Shown piece by piece: positions 26,199-35,823 of a stretch of 51,586 nt of DNA; position 1 is the stretch's first letter, and each line of letters starts with the position of its first letter. The notes beneath the pieces were generated by a model. That model saw nothing but the letters and a program-made list of their open reading frames with translations, was not told where the DNA came from and did not search any database. Made by a program: the position numbers and the translations under genes. Origin of the DNA: a virus (lineage: Duplodnaviria > Caudoviricetes); IMG/VR virus record IMGVR_UViG_3300032242_001840, positions 1 to 51,586 of that record; one strand, 5' to 3'.

Positions 26199-26744
26199 TT
26201 AAGTGCCGCCCCGCGGGCGTCCAACTTTTTGGCCGGCGGCCTCGACCTTCAACACTCGAGCCGCTTCCTTCAAGCACGACTCTCGCGAGAAAATCCACAG
26301 CCGGGGGGCGCGGGCTTTGTCGCTCCGCTGGCTCCAGAGCAGTCGCCCGACGATCCGCCCCGCCCGTGCCACCCTGGGCGGGAACGACCAGTGGATTCCG
26401 AGAATGTCGGCCACCTCGGCCACGCCGATGGCGTCATTGAAAAGGATCGGCTTTTCAATCTTCGCCAAGTACTTCAACACCTTCGGCCGAAGCTCTTCGT
26501 GCGCCCTGGGGCGGCGGTCGGTCTTGCCGCCGGCGGCGTCCCGCTTCTTTTTGTATTCCTCCCAGTCGCTGTCGCATTCGGCAGCGGAGAACAGCGTGAA
26601 GACCCGTCCCTGACCTGAATCAACGGGCGAGGGGATGACGCGCGACAAGATTGCCCCCGCCGTCGCCAACCGCTTTGGCCGCGTGAAATGGACGCCCATC
26701 AATGCCGCGGCCTCAAACGCCCCCACAGCATGATCTACTTTCAT
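26199..26744 (-). CDS. Tandem winged-HTH DNA-binding protein
   Basis: Internal duplication AVGAFEAAALMGVH / AIGVAEVADILGIH. Confidence 0.7.
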   Translation of the reverse strand: MKVDHAVGAFEAAALMGVHFTRPKRLATAGAILSRVIPSPVDSGQGRVFTLFSAAECDSDWEEYKKKRDAAGGKTDRRPRAHEELRPKVLKYLAKIEKPILFNDAIGVAEVADILGIHWSFPPRVARAGRIVGRLLWSQRSDKARAPRLWIFSRESCLKEAARVLKVEAAGQKVGRPRGGT

Positions 26745-26949
26745 AATCGCACCTCCCTCTTTCACCCCTAATGATTGGGGTGCGTTGCAGGCAAATCAAT
26801 GCTGAACGGGCGATCAGCGTCCTTCCCTCATTTTTGGGGTGAGTTTTTTTGCGACAGAACTTGACACAAGGCAGTGGAGGCGGCAACACTCTACTCCGTT
26901 GGGGACGACCGGCGTCCCCGCCAGTTTCTCTTGAGCGGAGTTTCCCGGC

Positions 26950-27144
26950 ATGGATGCGCAATGGGTTGTGGCGGTTTCATGGATTGACGGTGACGTTGAG
27001 GACTGCGACGAGGTGACGGTGGCAGCGCCCACCGAATTCCAAGCAGTCTCCAAAGCCCTCCGCAAGTGGCAGAAGACCACCAAGGGCGGACGGGTCACGG
27101 GAGCCATGGCTCTCACTCAAGAAAATATCCTGAAATCTATTTGA
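26950..27144 (+). CDS. Small hypothetical protein
   Basis: ORF downstream of TTGACA at 26861. Confidence 0.55.
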   Translation: MDAQWVVAVSWIDGDVEDCDEVTVAAPTEFQAVSKALRKWQKTTKGGRVTGAMALTQENILKSI

Positions 27145-27195
27145 CTACCTGCCAGCATGGCGCATTCTCCTACTGGCGGGGGGAGAAAACACACC

Positions 27196-28053
27196 ATGCT
27201 TTGCGTCGAACTGCTGCGGGACTTCTACGCCCCTTTGAAGGGGCTGTCCCCAAGGACTGTCGATCTCTACGGCTATAGCATTGCTGCGATGTCGGCGTTT
27301 GTTCGCAGGCCGGCGACCGTAGACGACTTTGACGAACTGACGGTCGCCAGATTTCTGGCGGCGCGTCGGGCCACGCACAGCGTTGCCACGGTGGCGAAGG
27401 ATCGTGCGCAGATACGCGCCTTGTGGGAGTTTGCCGCCCGTCGGGGTTTCTGCAAAACCTTTCCGACGATCGCTCTGGTGAAAATCCCAGAGAGGGTGCC
27501 GGAGTCTTGGCTCACCTGCGACGTGGAGCGTCTGCTTGAGTCCTGCGCTCAAGAGCAGACCTACATTTGCAGCATCCCATCAGCCCTGTGGTGGCGGGCC
27601 TGCATCCTCGTCTGCTACCAGTCGGCCGAACGCATCAACGCGGTTCTGTCTCTGAAGTGGCAGGACTGCGTCGGATGCTCGCTCCTCTTTCGAGCGGAGG
27701 GGCGGAAGGGGCAGACTCGCGACATCCTCCGCGAGGTGACGGTCGAATGCGCCGACGCGATGCTGGCGATCCGCAACGGCCGCCGCGGCGACCAGCACGT
27801 CTTCCCTTGGGATCGAGGCCGCACCTACCTCTGGAAACGGATGGGCATCATTCTTGAGCGGGCGGGCCTGCCGGCCACCAGGCGGGACAAGTTTCATCGG
27901 CTGCGCAGAACATGTGCATCCTATTTCGCCGCGGCGGGGGGCGATGCCCAGCGGCTGCTGGATCACGCCGATCCAGCCACGACACGCAAATACGTTGACC
28001 CCAGGATCGCCAGAACGCCGCAGGCTTGCGACCTCATTCCGAAGGTCGGCTAG
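27196..28053 (+). CDS. Tyrosine recombinase/integrase
   Basis: R (SAER), K, HRLR, LLDH, TRKY catalytic motifs; SAM-like N-terminal domain. Confidence 0.92.
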   Translation: MLCVELLRDFYAPLKGLSPRTVDLYGYSIAAMSAFVRRPATVDDFDELTVARFLAARRATHSVATVAKDRAQIRALWEFAARRGFCKTFPTIALVKIPERVPESWLTCDVERLLESCAQEQTYICSIPSALWWRACILVCYQSAERINAVLSLKWQDCVGCSLLFRAEGRKGQTRDILREVTVECADAMLAIRNGRRGDQHVFPWDRGRTYLWKRMGIILERAGLPATRRDKFHRLRRTCASYFAAAGGDAQRLLDHADPATTRKYVDPRIARTPQACDLIPKVG

Positions 28054-28363
28054 CCTCGGCCAGTTTTTTGCGGTATGCGGCGCAGTCTTCGACCACGCTT
28101 TTGTTGCTGCGTAGCCATGACATCAGATGCCCGTGGACGATGTGGCACGGGTCAGCGCAGAGAGTGATAAGGTTTTGTGGGTCAAGCTCTAAGGCAGGAT
28201 TGTCATGGAAGGGGCGAATGTGATGCACCTCCATCTCCTTCGTCCTGCCGCATGCTTGGCACTCTGGCTGGCGGGAAAGATGCTCGCGGCGAACGCGGGG
28301 CCACTGGCCGGAGCGTGGTGCGCCGTAGTCGTCGGGCCGGCGGTTGAGGAGCCATCCGAACAT
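28034..28363 (-). CDS. HNH endonuclease
   Basis: CQAC, EVHHI.PFH, NLITLC..CH. Confidence 0.88.
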   Translation of the reverse strand: MFGWLLNRRPDDYGAPRSGQWPRVRREHLSRQPECQACGRTKEMEVHHIRPFHDNPALELDPQNLITLCADPCHIVHGHLMSWLRSNKSVVEDCAAYRKKLAEASRPSE

Positions 28364-28707
28364 CAGAGTGACGCCGCCTCTATGAATGCGGCGTCAATGG
28401 CAGCGGCGTCCATGCCAAACGCTTGAGCCATCGACACAAGGGTGCTGCTGCTTCGGTGAACCGTGCCGCTGTACTCCCACTCAATGCGGGTGGATTCGCG
28501 TGTTTCTTCTGGCAACGCTGCAATGGCCGCGTCAACCTGTTCAAGCGTGATCCCGTGAGCCACCAACCACTTTCTGATCTGTACCGCCGTGATCGTTTCT
28601 GGCACGGCAAAGGGCATTGATTGATTCACGCCAACAATATCACCCGCATCGTTGTACACGTTCCAAGTCTTTAACCCATCCACAAGACCAACGTACTCTG
28701 TTCGCAT
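28363..28707 (-). CDS. Tail fibre assembly-like protein
   Basis: VPETITAVQIR...IEWEY...IDAAFIEA; follows fibre genes. Confidence 0.65.
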   Translation of the reverse strand: MRTEYVGLVDGLKTWNVYNDAGDIVGVNQSMPFAVPETITAVQIRKWLVAHGITLEQVDAAIAALPEETRESTRIEWEYSGTVHRSSSTLVSMAQAFGMDAAAIDAAFIEAASL

Positions 28708-29648
28708 TATGAAAGCCTCGCATACAGGCAAATGGTTGTGATTGCCACTGTGTTTGTTCCAGCCGTTGGCAGGTCTGTGGTGGAGACAACCTGCCCCGCA
28801 ACTCTTGGGTACAACGCACCGATTCCAGTTGCGCCACCGAAAGGCTTGGAAACAATCCTTGCATAAGTAGTCGCAGTCATGCACGAACCGATTGCGTACC
28901 TTGTCCCAGCCACGAGGTTGTAGGACGCTGGATATCCACCGACTGTCGAAAACGATCTCGTGTACCCGGTGTATGTGGACGCAAACATGCTTGTGTCATT
29001 GTCAATTCGTGCCACTAACGCCAACGTGCCTTGCCCGGTTGTGAAATTAGAGGATGTAAATGTGTAAAGCCCCATTCTAAAAAAAGTCAAACCGGAGCAG
29101 GCAACGTCGTATGAATACATCGTCATCTGCGTGACCGTCTTTGAAACAAGAGGCGTGAAAAAGCTAATCAGCATGTTTCCAGTAGAGTGATTCTGTGCGC
29201 CGATACATTGACTGACCGGGAAGTTTTCAACCCAACTTGGGTTAATGTCAAAGCTTGACTGAAACTGAGGAACAGTCATCTGGTTGCCAGTCAGCCTTGC
29301 ATCGTCCAGAGCTCCGGTGAGTGCTGCCGCAGAACCGCTGGAAGCAACAGAGGACAGGCCAGATACATCCCCCGGCACGATCACCACTGAGCCACTTCGA
29401 CCAGCAACTGTCCTCACATTTGAAGACACTGTACCCGCCGCTACTCCCAATCCGCTGCCAACAATTACGCTTCCGGCAGCAGACGCTGTAGCCAAGCCGG
29501 GGGTAAAGAGCTTTACCGATCCACCCGAATCCTTCCCATAGATTTTCTTGTCAGCGTAGTTGATTGCGATTTCGCCTTCGGCCAACGCAGAAGCAGACGG
29601 TACAGCAGTCGCTGTGTTGCTTCGTTTTGGGCGAACAGCGTTTGCCAT
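28707..29648 (-). CDS. Tail fibre / receptor-binding protein B
   Basis: MANAVRPKRS..GEIAIN anchor; paralog of upstream gene. Confidence 0.8.
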   Translation of the reverse strand: MANAVRPKRSNTATAVPSASALAEGEIAINYADKKIYGKDSGGSVKLFTPGLATASAAGSVIVGSGLGVAAGTVSSNVRTVAGRSGSVVIVPGDVSGLSSVASSGSAAALTGALDDARLTGNQMTVPQFQSSFDINPSWVENFPVSQCIGAQNHSTGNMLISFFTPLVSKTVTQMTMYSYDVACSGLTFFRMGLYTFTSSNFTTGQGTLALVARIDNDTSMFASTYTGYTRSFSTVGGYPASYNLVAGTRYAIGSCMTATTYARIVSKPFGGATGIGALYPRVAGQVVSTTDLPTAGTNTVAITTICLYARLS

Positions 29649-29650
29649 TG

Positions 29651-30574
29651 CTACGACAGCCTGTTGTAAAACATATTGCCGTTGACTGAGATTATTCCAG
29701 TGCCTGACGCTGGAAGGTCGGCGTATCCGGCGAGCGCTCCGCTGGTGCGCGGGAACAATGCGCCAGTCGCCGATGCTGCTATGTTTGATCTTCCAAACTG
29801 AGTGCCAACCGTGGTTGCAGACAGAGTGAACGCAACAGCGTACCTTGTCCCAGCCACAATGCTATAAGAGGTCGGGTATCCGCCCGTTGCCGAAAACGAT
29901 CTGGTGTACCCGGTATTTGCTGCCGCAAACAAGGTTGTGTCATTGTCTGTTCTTGCAACAAGGGTCAGGGCGTTCGTGCTTTCGTTGTATGTATACAAAC
30001 CCATTCTTGCAAACGTCACGCCGCTTGATGCTGCGTTTGTGTACATCGTCATCTGCGTAACGGTCTTCGATATCAGCGGAGTAAAAAAAGAAACCCAGCT
30101 ATTCCCGGTCGTGACTGCAAGCGCGGTGATAGCCAAGCTAGCCGGGTAAGGCTCAATCCACGTTGTGTTGAAGTTGTAGTAGTTCATGTACTGGCTTGTG
30201 AGCAAGACATTACTGCTGAGTCTTGCGTCCGCCAGAGTTCCAGTAAGGTCTGCCGCCGACCCGCTGGTTGCCACTGCCGCCAAGCCAGAGATGTCACTGG
30301 CCGAAAGGGTTATAGCCCCAGTTCTTCCCGCCACGCTCAAGACGTTTGCGGATACGGTGCCTGCGCTGACGCTCAACCCGCTGCCAACGATCACACTTCC
30401 AGCGGCTGCGGTGGTTGCAAGGCCACCAGAGAGAGTCTGTACGTTTCCCGCAGCATCCTTGCCGTAAATCTTCAAATCAGCAAAGTTGGCTGCAATCTCG
30501 CCTTCGGCCAACGATCCAGCCAATGGCACCGCTGCCGCTGTGTTGCTCCGTTTTGGGCGAATGGCATTTGCCAT
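29651..30574 (-). CDS. Tail fibre / receptor-binding protein A
   Basis: MANAIRPKRS..GEIAAN anchor; beta-rich C-terminal domain. Confidence 0.8.
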   Translation of the reverse strand: MANAIRPKRSNTAAAVPLAGSLAEGEIAANFADLKIYGKDAAGNVQTLSGGLATTAAAGSVIVGSGLSVSAGTVSANVLSVAGRTGAITLSASDISGLAAVATSGSAADLTGTLADARLSSNVLLTSQYMNYYNFNTTWIEPYPASLAITALAVTTGNSWVSFFTPLISKTVTQMTMYTNAASSGVTFARMGLYTYNESTNALTLVARTDNDTTLFAAANTGYTRSFSATGGYPTSYSIVAGTRYAVAFTLSATTVGTQFGRSNIAASATGALFPRTSGALAGYADLPASGTGIISVNGNMFYNRLS

Positions 30575-30576
30575 GA

Positions 30577-32535
30577 TCAATATGTCCCGCCGTCAATGTC
30601 GCTGCTTGTGGAAAGGGCATCTGTAATTCCATATCCAGAGAGCGTCGTTGGGTTTGTGCCTGCTGTGACTCGCCCTTTGGCGTCTACGGTTACGCTTTTG
30701 TATGTGCCTGCTGTTGCCCCGCTTGCGGAAAGCGTTGTCGCAAACGATCCTGTGCCTGAGCCTGTCACATCTCCCGTAAGGGTGACAGTCTGATCTCCAG
30801 TATTGGTTCCGCTGCTGCTGCCGCTGAACGTACCAGATTGCGTTGCAAGAGAGCCAAGTCCGATCACGTCTAGTGCTGCGATCGTCACCGCTCCGGTGCG
30901 GCCCGCAACGGATTGCACGGGTGCCGCTGCCGACGCTGCTGCGTTGAATCCGCTCACATCTCCAGAGGCGATCACGACCGCCCCGGTGCGGCCGGCAACA
31001 GACTGCACGGGTGCCGCAGCCGACGCTGCTGCGTTGAATCCGCTCACATCTCCAGAGGCGATTACTACCGCTCCGGTGCGACCAGCCACGCTGGTGACGG
31101 GCGGCGCGGCATATCCGCTCACGTCGGAGGTGCTGATCACGACCGCGCCAGTGCGTCCAGCAACAGACTGAACCGGGGCTGCTGCCGAGGCTGCTGCCGT
31201 CAGTCCGCTCACGTCGGCGGCGGCGATTACGACTGCGCCGGTGCGGCCCGCAACGCTCGTCACGGGCGGCGCGGTGTATCCGCTGACATCGCTTGTGCTG
31301 ATCACGACCGCCCCTGTCCTGCCCGCCACGCTCGTCACGGCTGGAGCCACATACCCGCTGACATCGCCTGTGCTGATCACGACTGCTCCGGTGCGGCCGG
31401 CCACCGACTGGACGGGGGCTGCGGCCGACGCTGCTGCTGTCAGTCCGCTCACGTCTGCTGCGGCGATCACGACTGCGCCTGTCCTGCCGGCCACGCTCGT
31501 CACGGGCGGCGCTGTGTATCCGCTGACATCGCTTGTGCTAATCGTCACCGCTCCGGTGCGACCAGCTACCGACTGGACGGGTGCCGCTGCCGATGCGGCT
31601 GCTGTCAGTCCGCTTACGTCCGCGGCGGCGATCACCACTGCACCTGTGCGGCCCGCCACGCTCGTCACGGGAGGCGCTGTGTATCCGCTGACATCGCCAG
31701 TGCTGATTACGACTGCACCCGTTCTGCCAGCCACGCTGGTGACGGCTGGCGCGACGTATCCGCTCACATCGGAGGTGCTGATCACGACCGCGCCGGTGCG
31801 CCCTGCCACCGACTGCACGGGTGCCGCTGCCGACGCTGCTGCTGTCAGACCGCTCACGTCCGCTGCGGCGATCACGACCGCCCCTGTCCTGCCGGCCACG
31901 CTCGTCACGGGCGGCGCGGTGTATCCGCTTACGTCGGAGGTGCTGATCACGACCGCTCCGGTGCGGCCGGCCACCGACTGAACGGGGGCCGCTGCGGCAA
32001 CGCCGCTCACGTCTGAGGCTGCAAGCACGACCGCCCCTGTCCTGCCAGCCACGCTGGTGACGGCTGGCGCGACGTATCCGCTCACGTCGGAGGTGCTGAT
32101 CACGACCGCTCCGGTGCGGCCTGCCACCGACTGCACGGGTGCCGCTGCCGACGCTGCTGCCGTCAGTCCGGTCACGTCGCCAGAAGCGATCACGACCGCC
32201 CCTGTCCGGCCAGCCACGCTCGTCACGGGCGGTGCGACATATCCGCTCACATCGGAGGTGCTGATCACGACCGCGCCGGTGCGGCCGGCAACCGAACTGA
32301 CCTGCCCCTGCGAACTCAAAACGCCACCGGCCGTCACGGACAGACCGCTGCCGACGATAATGACGCCCAATGCGGTCGTTGTGGCCGGGGATGTGGTTCC
32401 TGCCGGCCCTGCGGCCCCCTGCGGGCCGATGCCGCCGCTGGCGGTCACGCTGACGGCCGTGCCGGGGGCGGTGACGGTCACGTTCTGGTCGTTGACCGTG
32501 ACGTTGACGGGGTTGGTGGGGACGGTGATGTTCAC
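30577..32535 (-). CDS. Long tail fibre with 18 SVAGRTGA repeats
   Basis: Short collagen-like stretch, phage-tail repeats, VTVDAKGRVT, C-terminal IDGGTY. Confidence 0.88.
   Translation of the reverse strand: MNITVPTNPVNVTVNDQNVTVTAPGTAVSVTASGGIGPQGAAGPAGTTSPATTTALGVIIVGSGLSVTAGGVLSSQGQVSSVAGRTGAVVISTSDVSGYVAPPVTSVAGRTGAVVIASGDVTGLTAAASAAAPVQSVAGRTGAVVISTSDVSGYVAPAVTSVAGRTGAVVLAASDVSGVAAAAPVQSVAGRTGAVVISTSDVSGYTAPPVTSVAGRTGAVVIAAADVSGLTAAASAAAPVQSVAGRTGAVVISTSDVSGYVAPAVTSVAGRTGAVVISTGDVSGYTAPPVTSVAGRTGAVVIAAADVSGLTAAASAAAPVQSVAGRTGAVTISTSDVSGYTAPPVTSVAGRTGAVVIAAADVSGLTAAASAAAPVQSVAGRTGAVVISTGDVSGYVAPAVTSVAGRTGAVVISTSDVSGYTAPPVTSVAGRTGAVVIAAADVSGLTAAASAAAPVQSVAGRTGAVVISTSDVSGYAAPPVTSVAGRTGAVVIASGDVSGFNAAASAAAPVQSVAGRTGAVVIASGDVSGFNAAASAAAPVQSVAGRTGAVTIAALDVIGLGSLATQSGTFSGSSSGTNTGDQTVTLTGDVTGSGTGSFATTLSASGATAGTYKSVTVDAKGRVTAGTNPTTLSGYGITDALSTSSDIDGGTY
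30880..32300 (-). repeat. Intragenic 75/90-bp tandem repeats (approximate bounds)
   Basis: Encode mostly 25- and 30-aa units with synonymous variation. Confidence 0.9.
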
Positions 32536-32855
32536 CGGGTGACCTCAAGTATGCCGGTAAGTCCAGTCCTCTGGACGCTGCCAGCCTGGTTCCACACTTG
32601 CCGCCAGCCGTAGGTTCCGGCGGGCAGAGCGGCGGTCTGGGCCTCGGTCATGGAGATGTAGGCGGTGCTGACGCCGCCCGACACGACCAGCGTCGTTGTC
32701 ATCGTCGCCACGTTCGCGCCGGTGACCTGAGAGTAGACGGTCGAGGTGGCCGTCGTGCCGGTGAGGTCAAGGCCGATGCCGGGGGCAACGCCAAGCTCGT
32801 CGCCCCCGCGGACGATGATGTTCAGCGTCCCTGGGACGTTTGAATAGGTCGCCAT
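32532..32855 (-). CDS. Fibre-attachment/baseplate-like protein
   Basis: DLTG...MTEAQTAALPAGTY.W...G.LEV pattern preceding the fibre gene. Confidence 0.65.
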   Translation of the reverse strand: MATYSNVPGTLNIIVRGGDELGVAPGIGLDLTGTTATSTVYSQVTGANVATMTTTLVVSGGVSTAYISMTEAQTAALPAGTYGWRQVWNQAGSVQRTGLTGILEVTR

Positions 32856-32857
32856 GG

Positions 32858-33163
32858 TCAGTTTGCCCCGGCGGTGTCTGGCAGGCGGTCAACGGCATGC
32901 TGGAGGTCACGCTGTCCGATGGCGATCTCTTGGAGGGTCTGCTGTGATGCTTTTTGTGTCTCTTCGATTCCCTCTAAAGTCTTCTGCGTCGTCTCCAGGA
33001 ACTCGACATGCCCGCGGACGACAGGCTCAACGACTGTCTTGTTTAGGCTGACAGCCGCGTCCCGAAGGAACCACAGAAGAACGGCAAGAATAAGCACGGG
33101 AACGCCGAAGCGTTCGCCGACGCGCAGTATCGTGTCTGTGAGGGGCTTGGGTTCGCTCACCAT
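32858..33163 (-). CDS. Holin-like membrane protein
   Basis: One TM (FGVPVLILAVLLWF) plus coiled coil. Confidence 0.5.
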   Translation of the reverse strand: MVSEPKPLTDTILRVGERFGVPVLILAVLLWFLRDAAVSLNKTVVEPVVRGHVEFLETTQKTLEGIEETQKASQQTLQEIAIGQRDLQHAVDRLPDTAGAN

Positions 33164-33249
33164 TTCCCCTCATTCATAATGGCGTAGCAGAACAAACCAA
33201 ACGGGACGATAGTCCCGCCGACGACGAATCCGGCGATGAAATAAATCAT
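33157..33249 (-). CDS. Small membrane peptide
   Basis: GGAGG RBS; 30 aa hydrophobic. Confidence 0.5.
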   Translation of the reverse strand: MIYFIAGFVVGGTIVPFGLFCYAIMNEGKW

Positions 33250-33282
33250 GGTGGCCTCCATGCCTTATCTCATTTTACACCC

Positions 33283-33831
33283 TCACGCGCCGCCGCGGTA
33301 AGCACACATGACCTCCCCGCGGAACTCATCAACACCGCTGGAATTCATGACTATTCTGTCGATGTAGCTCTCTGGGATACCAGCTTCGCTGACATGCTCC
33401 AGAACATCGGCGGTGCCGGGCCGGATAATGTGCCAAATCTCGCCCCCCAGCCCCTTGATCATTTTGGCTTCGTTTTCAAAGCGAACGTCGGTGATCACGA
33501 TATCGCGTTCGATGCCGTTCCACCATTCCATGTGGTCAATCCGCCGCCTGAGAATGTCCACCCAGAAGTTCTCGCCGACCAGCTTCCGCCCCCACTCGGT
33601 GCCGAGGGTCTGGAGCAGATACCGTGGCGATTTGCCAATCCAAGGGATGACAGCTTCCTTGAACTCGCGGTCTTGATACTGCGTCACGCCGACCTTTGTG
33701 ATCACAGAAATCGCTTCGTAGAGAGGTTCAGCGAACGCCATCCGTTGGGCCGTGACCTCCTGCCGCAGGATCGTCGCCGCCGTGTCTTTGCCGCATCCTG
33801 CCTTGCCGTACAGACCAATGATCTTCTTCAT
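33283..33831 (-). CDS. dNMP kinase (T4 gp1-like)
   Basis: GKAGCGKDT, FAEPL, RYLLQTLGTEWGR, DVRFENE, HVSE. Confidence 0.92.
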   Translation of the reverse strand: MKKIIGLYGKAGCGKDTAATILRQEVTAQRMAFAEPLYEAISVITKVGVTQYQDREFKEAVIPWIGKSPRYLLQTLGTEWGRKLVGENFWVDILRRRIDHMEWWNGIERDIVITDVRFENEAKMIKGLGGEIWHIIRPGTADVLEHVSEAGIPESYIDRIVMNSSGVDEFRGEVMCAYRGGA

Positions 33832-34298
33832 AGAAAAACTGCCCTTCCATCAAACATGATTGTCACGCCCATTTTCTCGTTTACCCACCGCAGGTTCACG
33901 CCGGCGTCAGTCAGCATCTCGTCAGCCGTCTCGATCGGTTTCTTCCACTTCTCTGCCGTCAGGTCGCGAAGCATGCACAGCCCCACGACCTCCTTGATTC
34001 CGGCGAGAATAATGGCTCTCGCGCAGTCGGGGCAGGCAAACCAAGGCGCGTACATGACGCATCCCTTGGTCGCGACTCCATGGCGGGCGCAGGCGTAGAT
34101 CGCCGCCCGCTCCGCATGTTCCATGTATTCGCCCTTGCGACCTTGTTTCTGCGGGCAGCCGGCAGGGAAGTGGTTGACGCCCCAAGCCAGCTTGTCTTCC
34201 TCAACATTGCAGATCAGCGCGGCGCACTGCGTTCTGGCGTCGTGCGACTCCTGCCTCGCAGTGCGGCATGCCAAACGCAGAAACTCAGCGTCTGTCAT
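33828..34298 (-). CDS. dCMP-deaminase-like protein
   Basis: HAE and CPDC Zn-deaminase motifs. Confidence 0.9.
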   Translation of the reverse strand: MTDAEFLRLACRTARQESHDARTQCAALICNVEEDKLAWGVNHFPAGCPQKQGRKGEYMEHAERAAIYACARHGVATKGCVMYAPWFACPDCARAIILAGIKEVVGLCMLRDLTAEKWKKPIETADEMLTDAGVNLRWVNEKMGVTIMFDGRAVFL

Positions 34299-35461
34299 TT
34301 GCCGTCCTCCTCGGGGCCGGCAAACAACATGCCCGCCAGGCCACCCTCGGGCCGGTAGAAAAACGTCTCCATCCCCCGGCGGCTGCCGACGAAGCCATGG
34401 GCCGCATGCCAGTCGTCTGGTGGGCAGATGGCGGGGTGCGTCCGAACCACCACCGACGAGATCGTGTCGATCGCTGCCTGGCTGTGGAAATGGCCGGTGT
34501 GCATCTCGCGGTAGTGGCAGGCCGACCATTTGTCGGCGGCCTCATAGGCCATCAGTTCCGCCAGCTTCTTCTTGGCGGTGTTGCCGTGCGTGATGCCGAT
34601 CAAGTTCTTCCCGTGGCTGGTGTATGCCCGGTGGGTGTAGGAGTCGGCGATCGTCACCCGCTTGTCTTTGGCGAAGTGCATTAGCAGGATGCGGTGGAGC
34701 GCCCAGGAAAGTGCTTCGTCGTGGTTCCCGGCCACCAGCATCACGTCGGTCTGGCATGTCTCAGCCGATCGATGGATGAGGTTCAAGATCGACTCAGTGC
34801 CGACCTCAAGCATCTTCTGAATGCGGCCGTCGCGATCCAGCATCGTGCCGCCGGTGGTCGAGCCGGCCGGCGAGTCGTAGTGAAATATGTCCCCGCAGAG
34901 GCAGATCGTTCGACGCTCTGGCCGGAACACCGTATCGCCGTCATCGATCAGCCGGCTGGATGCCTGTCGCATCAACCGCTCCGCAATCGCTAAGTCGTAG
35001 TCGGCACCGCCCGTCGATCTGCCCCAGCAGTATTTGCCAAAATGCGGATCGGCCACCACCAGCACCTGCCAGATGCCAGTAGGACGCCGCCTGTGCCGTT
35101 TTGCGGGCCGGTAGACAACAGACCGCCTCGCACCCTCCAGAATCGCCTCAACGGCCTCCCGCTGGCCCATTCCGCCCTTGGGCCGGAGCCTGACGAATAC
35201 CCGGTGCAGGTCGGTGACCACAACCTGCCCGGTGGCGGGGTCTTTGGCACCGACCGCCCATTTGGTCGCCTCCGACCGCTCGACCTCAAAGCGGGTCATG
35301 TCGGCACCGATATGCCGCAGGAGGTCTTCGACGGTGCGGATCGTCTCCGAAACCGTGCAATGCTCGCGGGCATCGCCGTCCTGCTTTTCGACAACCTGGG
35401 GTGCGTCGGCAGGGATGGGCAGTGCGGCGGCGACCTTGGCTACCAAGCTCTTTTTAGCCAC
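34295..35461 (-). CDS. Calcineurin-like metallophosphoesterase
   Basis: DPH.G, GD, GNHD, HG, GHFH. Confidence 0.88.
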   Translation of the reverse strand: MAKKSLVAKVAAALPIPADAPQVVEKQDGDAREHCTVSETIRTVEDLLRHIGADMTRFEVERSEATKWAVGAKDPATGQVVVTDLHRVFVRLRPKGGMGQREAVEAILEGARRSVVYRPAKRHRRRPTGIWQVLVVADPHFGKYCWGRSTGGADYDLAIAERLMRQASSRLIDDGDTVFRPERRTICLCGDIFHYDSPAGSTTGGTMLDRDGRIQKMLEVGTESILNLIHRSAETCQTDVMLVAGNHDEALSWALHRILLMHFAKDKRVTIADSYTHRAYTSHGKNLIGITHGNTAKKKLAELMAYEAADKWSACHYREMHTGHFHSQAAIDTISSVVVRTHPAICPPDDWHAAHGFVGSRRGMETFFYRPEGGLAGMLFAGPEEDGK

Positions 35462-35697
35462 ACGACAACTCTATCGGGGCCGATGTTCGCGACGTTCTCT
35501 TCGGAGAGCGTCTTTGAGATAGCAGCCGCTGCCGGCTTGAGATGCTGGCCGAAAGTGCCAGCCCTCCACGCATCAAGCAGGTCGGCGAGCAGTTCTGCGT
35601 GTTCTGGCTTGACCTTTTCCCACCAGGGCTGGTTTCTTCTCCCCTGCGGGAAGTTTGCCAGCACCTTCTCGAGGATCGCGGTTTTCTTCGCAGCCAT
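35440..35697 (-). CDS. Small putative HTH protein
   Basis: Precedes phosphoesterase; MAAKKT. Confidence 0.65.
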   Translation of the reverse strand: MAAKKTAILEKVLANFPQGRRNQPWWEKVKPEHAELLADLLDAWRAGTFGQHLKPAAAAISKTLSEENVANIGPDRVVVWLKRAW

Positions 35698-35794
35698 CCT
35701 TGCCCTCCAGCCAGACCATGCCGTCATCGTCGGGAATGCCGCCGCCCGCAGGCGTGTCGTCGTCGGGATCAAGATCGCCGAACGAACGCATAGT

Positions 35795-35823
35795 AGTCTA
35801 GCCCGGTAGCCTAGAGGGATCAA
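35795..35823 (-). promoter_or_regulatory. Sigma70-type promoter with two GTAGNCTAG sites
   Basis: TTGATC-17 bp-TAGACT. Confidence 0.65.

Noticed and set aside
28707-30574. Diversity-generating retroelement or invertible tail-fibre shufflon
   Set aside because: No reverse transcriptase; paralog differences are not adenine-specific; both genes are in the same orientation with no inverted recombination sites seen
30596-32548. Long alternative-frame ORFs over the fibre gene
   Set aside because: Shadows of a GC-rich repetitive coding sequence
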